Shown: positions 24,503 through 30,885 of the stretch, piece by piece
Layout of the letters: the number at the start of each line of letters is the position of its first letter
Numbering within the stretch: position 1 is the first letter of the stretch
Source of the DNA: a virus
Lineage: Duplodnaviria; Caudoviricetes
Virus record (IMG/VR): IMGVR_UViG_3300037419_003075
Location: 1 to 30,885 of that record
Length of the DNA stretch: 30,885 nt
Strand: one strand, 5' to 3'
Position numbers and translations under genes: made by a program
The notes under the pieces: model-generated
The model's input: only the letters and a program-made list of their open reading frames with translations
The model's database searches: none
Told to the model about the DNA's origin: nothing

Positions 24503-25414
24503 CTAGCTGCCGTCCGCGGGGACGACTGCACCGACCGGGGTCTTGTTCGCACCCATCGAGGTGGCGCTGATACCCAGGACGTAGGCGAACCGCGCCTTCA
24601 GGCGCAGGGCCACCATGTCGCGCTCGGCCAGGTTGATGCCGCCGACGGTGGCCTGGTCGAGGAACTTCACGGTGATGTCCTGGCGGACGCCGATCCGGAC
24701 GCGGCTGGAGTCGACGATCACCATGTGCGCGGCGGCCGGATCCCATGCCCCGTTCTGGTTGAACCAGGTGCTGAAGCCGTTGAACGACTCATCGCGGAAG
24801 ATCGGGTTGCCGTTCGCGTCGCGCAGGTTCGCGACCTTGAACTTCAGCGCCAGCGACGCCAGCATCGTGTCGGGAGCGTGCCCCGCGCTGGCGATGCGCT
24901 CGGCGGCCTGGTTCGCAGCACCGACGAGGTCGGACTCGTTCGCGTGCCCCGGCACGTCGGTAATGGTCTGCGACGCCGCGTTGGCCGCGGGCAGCAGGGC
25001 CGGGGAGTTCCACGAGGACGGCTTGTTGGTGCCGAAGATGACGGCCTGGTCGAGCTTCTTGCCGATCGCCTGACCGCCCAACTGGGCCACGTTGTTCAGT
25101 ACGTCGACGGATGCGTCGTCGATGACGTTCTCGTGGACGGGGACGATGACGGCGAGCTCTTCGGCCACCAGGGTCAGGTCGGCCCAGCTCACGTCCGACG
25201 TCGGCTTCACGCCGGAGGGATCGGTCGCGGACTCACCCACCCAGCTCGCTTCGGGCAGGGTCGCCAGGACCGGCATGTGGGTCGTCTTGGTGCCCATGTC
25301 GACGCGCGGGAATGCGGTCAGGACGGTTGATGCCTTCACGGCCGCTTGCAGGAGAGTGTTGCTGTAGGCCTCCTGGATGAGGGTCGCGACTTCAGCGCGG
25401 CTGATATCAGCCAT
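24503..25414 (-). CDS. Major capsid protein (HK97 fold), 303 aa
   Basis: ASWVGES, EELAVIVPV, KLDQAVIFG, INLAERDMVALR motifs. Confidence 0.95.
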   Translation of the reverse strand: MADISRAEVATLIQEAYSNTLLQAAVKASTVLTAFPRVDMGTKTTHMPVLATLPEASWVGESATDPSGVKPTSDVSWADLTLVAEELAVIVPVHENVIDDASVDVLNNVAQLGGQAIGKKLDQAVIFGTNKPSSWNSPALLPAANAASQTITDVPGHANESDLVGAANQAAERIASAGHAPDTMLASLALKFKVANLRDANGNPIFRDESFNGFSTWFNQNGAWDPAAAHMVIVDSSRVRIGVRQDITVKFLDQATVGGINLAERDMVALRLKARFAYVLGISATSMGANKTPVGAVVPADGS

Positions 25415-25470
25415 GGTCGTTTACCTTTCGTTCGAAGACACCGCCCAACCGCGGGGAAGGAGGTGTCGAA

Positions 25471-26091
25471 TCAGATGCCCGACCGCATGGCGCGCAGCGC
25501 AGCCGCGGCGCGTTCCTTCGGGTCGGTCGATTGGTCGCCGGTGCTGGATGCGCCGGACTTCAAACCGCCCGACGGCGCAGGCGGTTTCGGGGTGGAGCGC
25601 TTCGAGGCCGTCTTGGCCTCGAGCCAGGCGAGGACCTCGTCCGCGCTGGCTTCCATCTCCTCGCGGGTGGTGCCGGACACCGAGGTGACCGGGACGCCCT
25701 TATCGGCCGCGACGGAGGCACGCAGAGACGCCCGCTGCGCGCGGTCGATCTCCTTGTCCTTGGCGGCAATCGCCTGCTGGAGTTCCTCGACTCGATCGGC
25801 GAGCTTCTGCTGCTCGGTCTTGTCGCGATCCTCGAAGGCCTTCACCTGCGCGGCGAGGTCCTTCTTGAGCTGCTCGGATTCCGCGAGCCGGCGTTCGAGA
25901 TCCGCGCGAGCGTCGCGCTCTTTTTGGATCGCTGCCTTGCCGGCGTCGCCCAGACCCTCCGGAGTCGCTCCAGGAGCATCGGGCTTTGCTTCCTCCTTGC
26001 GGGCGACCGACGCAGGCGGGCTCTGCTCCTGCGGGGTAGCGCCCTGCTCGGCAGGGTTGGTGTTCTCAGGTGCGGTTACGGGTTCCGGCAT
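25471..26091 (-). CDS. Capsid scaffolding protein, 206 aa
   Basis: LGDAGKAAIQKER, coiled coil, and GTTREEMEASAD; precedes the capsid gene. Confidence 0.9.
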   Translation of the reverse strand: MPEPVTAPENTNPAEQGATPQEQSPPASVARKEEAKPDAPGATPEGLGDAGKAAIQKERDARADLERRLAESEQLKKDLAAQVKAFEDRDKTEQQKLADRVEELQQAIAAKDKEIDRAQRASLRASVAADKGVPVTSVSGTTREEMEASADEVLAWLEAKTASKRSTPKPPAPSGGLKSGASSTGDQSTDPKERAAAALRAMRSGI

Positions 26092-26196
26092 CGCGCCATC
26101 GCCTCATTTCCGTGATTGCGCCCGTCGCGGGCGGATTGGGTGAACTTCCGGGCATCGCGCCACAGAAGGCGCCCCTGGGCGTCGCGCCACCAGGGC
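26087..26196 (-). promoter_or_regulatory. Four tandem hairpins with GCGAY loops in the scaffold leader
   Basis: TGGCGCGAYGCC at 26178-26189, 26151-26162 and 26087-26098, plus CGCCC-GCGAC-GGGCG at 26119-26133. Confidence 0.6.
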
Positions 26197-26216
26197 AGAG
26201 CCGGGCCGAGACCCGA

Positions 26217-27299
26217 CTACGCTTTGTTGCCTGTCGAGAGCTTCCGCATCTCGGACAGGATCGATTTGGTGCTGCCGTTCGATTTGTCTGCGGCAGAGAG
26301 GTATTGGCGTTCCCACTCGAGGACGTAGTCCGGCGGTGTGTAGGAATCACCGGGCCGCACCACGAACGGGGTGCAGTGGCAGTGGTCGTGGTATTTCTCG
26401 CCGAGGTCGCGGGTGCCACGCTTCACGTTGACCAGTCGCCCCGGGACGGCCCGAGACTTGGTGCGGCGCCCCACAACTCGCAGTGCGGCCTGCTCGGACA
26501 GATAGTCGGCGCCGCGAGTGGCGAGCATCCGGCAGAACGCACACGCGTCGGGCCGAGCTTGACGTCCCCACTTCGCGCCCTCGCGATCAGCGTTGGTGGT
26601 GATCGTGTCGCGGGCCGCGTTGGACACATACCGTTGGACAGCGCCGGACAGCCGACTCTCCACGGTGGCGGTCGAATCCGGCGCGATCGGTGCCGACACT
26701 GCCCACCGGATGCTCTGCTCGACCTTCTCGGCCGGCGGCAACGGCGCCGGACGCGGGACGAACGCTTGCGCGTCCGACAGCGCCTGCGGCGACCGCGGCC
26801 CCACGATTCGGGCCGGCAGATTCGGTCCGCGCTCCACCGCGGGCGCTTTCGGCAGGGTCTTCGTGGCGGCCGGTTCTATGTGCCGGAGCGCGGTCGCCAG
26901 ATCGGTGGCCGCAGCCGGGTCGGCTTCCAGCACTTGGACCACGAGGTCCGCGGCGGCCGGGTCGGCGTTGAACACATCTGGTATCGCGGACACCAGTTCC
27001 GCCGCGGTGACCGGCGCCGGAGATCCCGCGCGGGCGGGGGTGACCGTGTCGAGCAGGACCGGTTGGTGAGGCCGCAGCTGCTGGGGCAGCGATTGGTCGT
27101 AGAAGACGGTCGCCAGCTCCGCTGCGGCGGTCATGTAAGTCTCGATCGTGTGGTAGATCGCCGCCACGAGTGCGTCTTCGACGTCCTTCGGCGCCGGCGT
27201 CTCGACGGTCGCGGCCATCTTCACTGCATCCGAGACCGCGATGGCCGACAGGGCGTTGATACTGGTTTGGAATTCCTCGATGTCAGCTTGCGAGGGCAT
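26217..27299 (-). CDS. MuF/VG15-like head morphogenesis protein, 360 aa
   Basis: Follows portal; ACAFCRMLATRG and YHDHCHC motifs. Confidence 0.85.
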   Translation of the reverse strand: MPSQADIEEFQTSINALSAIAVSDAVKMAATVETPAPKDVEDALVAAIYHTIETYMTAAAELATVFYDQSLPQQLRPHQPVLLDTVTPARAGSPAPVTAAELVSAIPDVFNADPAAADLVVQVLEADPAAATDLATALRHIEPAATKTLPKAPAVERGPNLPARIVGPRSPQALSDAQAFVPRPAPLPPAEKVEQSIRWAVSAPIAPDSTATVESRLSGAVQRYVSNAARDTITTNADREGAKWGRQARPDACAFCRMLATRGADYLSEQAALRVVGRRTKSRAVPGRLVNVKRGTRDLGEKYHDHCHCTPFVVRPGDSYTPPDYVLEWERQYLSAADKSNGSTKSILSEMRKLSTGNKA

Positions 27300-28716
27300 C
27301 CGGCGTCCCGGCCTGGTCGAGCGCGGGCGGCGGCGCAGCGGGCTGGGCAGATGCGGGCTGAATGTTGTTGTTGCGCAGGCCATTCACCAGTTCGATGACA
27401 CGCTTTGTGCGCATCACGTTCTGGATGCCGACCATCTGCTGTTGTGTCATGCCCGGTACCAGTGCGAGCAGCGGCTCGATCGGAACACCTTGCTGAGCCA
27501 GCTTCGTGATCCCGTCGACGACCGCGCCGAAGCTGCGCGCCTCGGTGTCGCGCCAGATGACCTCGGCGCCGGAGTCGATCGCGGTGGCATCGTCGCCGTC
27601 CATCGCCGCGCCGAGCCGCAGCGCCTGCTCCCAGCTCTCACCGAAGCTGTCGCGCTTGGACTGCAGCTTGCGCTGTTCGTCCTTCTCGGCGGCGGCCAGC
27701 GCTTCCGCTGACAGGTTGATCAGCTTGCCCGCGACCCGGGCTGGGCTGATCTGGGCCTTCATCGCGACGGCCGCGACCATTTCCTCGAGCAGTGAGTTGT
27801 AGCCGTCCAGCGATCCGCCGGCCAGCCGCTGCGCTTTCACGCCCTCGTCCTCGAAGGTCCATGTGCGCGATGCTGATGCCCGCAGAACTTCGCTCTTGCT
27901 GCCGGACCAGCCCGTGATCACTGTCTGAGGGAAGGCGCCGAACCGCGCCACGATCAGCCGGTCGAAGTTGACCTCGTTGATCGCGATCTGGTCGTTGATC
28001 AGCGGCGCGACTTCGCCGACGATCATGTCGTCAGCGTCCCTATCGTTGATGAACCGCACGACCGGGCATACTGGTTCGTCGTCGATCACCGCACCGTGCA
28101 CGATCGGCTCGCCAACGGCGGTGACCGTGATCGGTTGCGACCGTGATGGATCGAGCGGAATGGTCGGGATCACGCCGAGGTCCAGCGGGTACGCGCACTC
28201 GTTGTCGTAGAGCAGCCCGCGCCGATGCGGTTTCGCGTTCTTCTGTTCCACCCATGTCTCAAGGGCGTACTGCGGCCATTCGTCCAGCGACGGGTCCTCG
28301 TAGACGGCCAGGATCTGGCGCGGCGACCGTGGCCGGAACACCGGGCCCTTCGGGCCGGGCATCAGTGTCAGGTAGGCGGCGCCGTAGGTGAGCGCTGGCC
28401 GGTACACCTCGGCCTGCCGGGCGTCCATACGGTTGCGCTGCCACATGGCCCACGCGGGGTCGTTCTCGGTGGCGGTCGCGGTCCGGTATCCGATGACGCT
28501 GAGGTTCTGCGCAAAGCTGTTGCGGATGACGCCGAGGATGTTCTTGATGGAGATGCGGGCGATTGTCTTGACCTCGTCCATCGCTTCTTCGGGCACGTCC
28601 GGGAAGCCACGCTGGCCCTTGACGAAGTCGTAGAGCCGATCCAAGTAGGCGCGCTCCTCGAGCTGGAGGGTCCACATGCTGCTGATTAGTTCTCTGATAT
28701 TGGCCTCAGCCAGCAT
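27283..28716 (-). CDS. Portal protein (SPP1 gp6-like), 477 aa
   Basis: WQRNRMDARQ, ALTYGAAY, NLSAEAL, FGESWEQ, VIWRDTE motifs. Confidence 0.95.
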   Translation of the reverse strand: MLAEANIRELISSMWTLQLEERAYLDRLYDFVKGQRGFPDVPEEAMDEVKTIARISIKNILGVIRNSFAQNLSVIGYRTATATENDPAWAMWQRNRMDARQAEVYRPALTYGAAYLTLMPGPKGPVFRPRSPRQILAVYEDPSLDEWPQYALETWVEQKNAKPHRRGLLYDNECAYPLDLGVIPTIPLDPSRSQPITVTAVGEPIVHGAVIDDEPVCPVVRFINDRDADDMIVGEVAPLINDQIAINEVNFDRLIVARFGAFPQTVITGWSGSKSEVLRASASRTWTFEDEGVKAQRLAGGSLDGYNSLLEEMVAAVAMKAQISPARVAGKLINLSAEALAAAEKDEQRKLQSKRDSFGESWEQALRLGAAMDGDDATAIDSGAEVIWRDTEARSFGAVVDGITKLAQQGVPIEPLLALVPGMTQQQMVGIQNVMRTKRVIELVNGLRNNNIQPASAQPAAPPPALDQAGTPDALAS

Positions 28717-28731
28717 CGGCTTGCCCTCCCC

Positions 28732-30414
28732 TCATACGAAGGTTGCTCGTCCGGTCTTCTTCTTCAGATGGGCTCCGGCGGCCAGCGCGTCCAGGCGCGC
28801 CTTCCAGGCCATGACCGCCGCATAGGCCGCGTCGATCTTGTTCGGGGAATCCGGGTATGCCTTGTAGAGCAGATAGCCGGACTTGGTCTGTCGGCGGCGC
28901 GCGTTCATGACGTGCCTCATCAGCACTGAGGACCCGTCGTGGCTGAGCTCGCTGGTCTCGATTGCCTGCCGCATCGTCTTCACGTACTCGATGACGCGAG
29001 TGTCTTTGCTGCGTGGCCACGCTGCGATCGGGTGTCCGGTGCCGGCGGCCTTCACTTTCAGCCGCTCCCCGTAGGTGGCCTCCCACCGCGCGACTTGCTC
29101 TTTCCAGCCGGACGGGTCGGCGTAGAACCCGACGACGTTCCACTGCTTGAACGCCTCGCGCAGCTGCGCGTCGACGAGCGCGATGCTCGGTTCCCAGCTC
29201 TTGCCTGCTTCTCCGGGCGGCGGTTCCTGCACCCAGGACGGAAGACAGAACAGGTGTCCGTCTTCGACCCGGCACGCCACCAGCGCGGTGGCGTCGGCGT
29301 TGCCGCGGTTGCGGCCGTTCGAGCCGTCGAACCCGAGCACGATCGCCTCGCCGGGCGCGACCACCGTGTCGAGCCGCTCCCGCGCCTTCCACTCCGTTTC
29401 CGACACCCAGCTGTCGGAGGCGTGGGTGACCTGGTTCAGGTAGTAGCGGCGCGCTTCCTGCGGGTCGGTGTCCGGGTCCCAGTAGTCGGCGATGAGCCGG
29501 TCCAGGTTGACCCAGCCGCCGTTCACGTCGGCCGAGTCCCCGTACGCGTAGGCCAGGCCGCGGCGCAGCGAGTCGTAATCCTTGGGGTCGGTGTCGGCGG
29601 GGGCTTCGCGGTGGTCGAACAGGATGCCGGTCTTCTTCCGGGTGCGGCCTTCCTTCTGCAGCCCCTCGGCGGTGTGGGAGCGCTCGGCGACCGACGCGGT
29701 TTCCGGGCTGCCGCTCGGTTCGAACGCGTTCGGTGTCTCGACCGAGCAGCCGTTGACCTTGGCCAGGTTGCGGCGGATGGTCGAGGCGAGTTTGCGGCCG
29801 CCGTTGGACGGCTTCCACGACTCGGTCTGGTCCATCGCGGAGAACACGGGCCGGAAGCCTTCGCGGGAGGTGCCGCTCGAGGTGACCGCTTCGATCCGCC
29901 CGCGAGGCAGGCTGATGAACGTCTCCATCGGCTCGATGTCGTATTCGTCGTAGACCGGGCCGTTGCGGGCCATGTCCAGGCACGGCTCCCAGGTGTTCGC
30001 GGTCTGGTCCTCCGACACCGCGACGATCTGGACCTTCGGCTTGAACCCGAGAGAGTTCCACGGCCGCGCGACGGGCTGGCCGTCGGCGTCCCAGCCGTCG
30101 AGCACGACCTCGCCGAGTGCCTCGACGAGGCACAGCGACGCCACGAGCGGCGACTTGCCCCAGCCCTTCGGCCGGCACAGCACCGCGCGGCGGATGAGCC
30201 GGCCGTTGCGCATCGATCGTCCGTCGATCGCCGGGCCGTCGAAGTGCGGGTCCACCTCGTACAGCTCGAGGATGAACTTCGCCTGCTCCGGGGTGAACAC
30301 CAGCGGATCACCGGCGGACGGACCGTCTGGCACGACGAGGTACTCGGTGATCCAGTCCAGGACGATCCATCCGAGCGTCGGACGTTCACCCGGCTCGGAA
30401 GGCTTCCAGGGCAT
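28732..30414 (-). CDS. terL: Terminase large subunit, 560 aa
   Basis: Walker A RPKGWGKS, Walker B-like SAMDQ, nuclease LGFDGS...DATAL...KIDAA. Confidence 0.96.
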   Translation of the reverse strand: MPWKPSEPGERPTLGWIVLDWITEYLVVPDGPSAGDPLVFTPEQAKFILELYEVDPHFDGPAIDGRSMRNGRLIRRAVLCRPKGWGKSPLVASLCLVEALGEVVLDGWDADGQPVARPWNSLGFKPKVQIVAVSEDQTANTWEPCLDMARNGPVYDEYDIEPMETFISLPRGRIEAVTSSGTSREGFRPVFSAMDQTESWKPSNGGRKLASTIRRNLAKVNGCSVETPNAFEPSGSPETASVAERSHTAEGLQKEGRTRKKTGILFDHREAPADTDPKDYDSLRRGLAYAYGDSADVNGGWVNLDRLIADYWDPDTDPQEARRYYLNQVTHASDSWVSETEWKARERLDTVVAPGEAIVLGFDGSNGRNRGNADATALVACRVEDGHLFCLPSWVQEPPPGEAGKSWEPSIALVDAQLREAFKQWNVVGFYADPSGWKEQVARWEATYGERLKVKAAGTGHPIAAWPRSKDTRVIEYVKTMRQAIETSELSHDGSSVLMRHVMNARRRQTKSGYLLYKAYPDSPNKIDAAYAAVMAWKARLDALAAGAHLKKKTGRATFV

Positions 30415-30885
30415 CTACTCCGCCAGCCGCAAACCCTTGTAGCGGCTCTTGGCCGCGCCGCTGCCGGACTCGCCGCGCTTCTCCTCAGCCTCGTCGGCCT
30501 GGGCGAAGGTGATCCGCAGCCGGGCCCGGTCCTCGGGCGTGGCACCGAACTTGGCGACGCGCAGCCGCAGCTCGCCGGCGAGCTTCACATCGCCCTTCCA
30601 GAACCGGGCGTGCAGCACCGCGGTGTCCAGCAACTCTGACCAGTCGGTCGAGGTGAACTCCCCAGACAGCGGAGACTCCGCCCACATGCGCCACCAGTCC
30701 CGGGTGCGCTCGGGCCACTCGAACTTCTGCGCGATGATTTGGCCGTCGACGGCGATCTCAATGTCGAAGTCCGGCAGCTCGGGCTGCTCCACCGGCTCGG
30801 CGGTGATCACGCGGTAGGGGACTGGGTCCTTGTTGGTCCGGGCCCGCCGAGCGGGGTCCTTCGGCGCAGGGCCTCGTCCTGCCAC
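30415..30885 (-). CDS. terS: Terminase small subunit, 156 aa
   Basis: MAGRGPAPK...ELRLRVAKFGATPEDRARLR; directly upstream of terL. Confidence 0.9.
   Translation of the reverse strand: MAGRGPAPKDPARRARTNKDPVPYRVITAEPVEQPELPDFDIEIAVDGQIIAQKFEWPERTRDWWRMWAESPLSGEFTSTDWSELLDTAVLHARFWKGDVKLAGELRLRVAKFGATPEDRARLRITFAQADEAEEKRGESGSGAAKSRYKGLRLAE

Larger units (their letters stand above)
1..30885. mobile_element. Temperate siphovirus (actinobacteriophage) genome segment, non-integrated form
   Basis: Canonical head-tail-lysis gene order, an integrase, and an att core with phage genes and arm sites on both sides. Confidence 0.95.

Noticed and set aside
26070-30639. Plus-strand ORFs 26070..27398 and 28939..30639, and minus-strand ORF 28706..30178
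   Set aside because: They are shadows of the MuF-like, portal and terminase genes with no independent coding signals

Overview
High-GC DNA from a temperate actinobacterial siphovirus; a Nocardia/Gordonia/Rhodococcus-type host is inferred. The minus strand carries a complete late operon read from right to left: terS, terL, portal, MuF/VG15-like head protein, scaffold, HK97-type capsid, head-tail connectors, major tail, frameshifted tail chaperones, tape measure, minor tails, an embedded lysis cassette, then glycine-rich and fibre genes. The lysis cassette has a split LysA, a holin, three further membrane proteins and a papain-like protease, but no LysB. At the left end are a tyrosine integrase and an intact attP, made of the 3' part of tRNA-Gly(TCC) flanked on both sides by paired ACTGTGGCCAA arm sites, so this is the non-integrated form. 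The most unusual region is a plus-strand accessory cassette next to attP (about 1640-3890). It contains an unknown protein, a TGAYGCAT repeat array, a Cys/His-motif coiled-coil protein, an unannotated 41-aa secreted pro-peptide and a secreted glycine-zipper protein. Other notable elements are an antisense lipoprotein moron in the tail module and two candidate cis-regulatory RNA structures, ahead of the scaffold and tail-chaperone genes. All calls come from reading the sequence; no database search was run.
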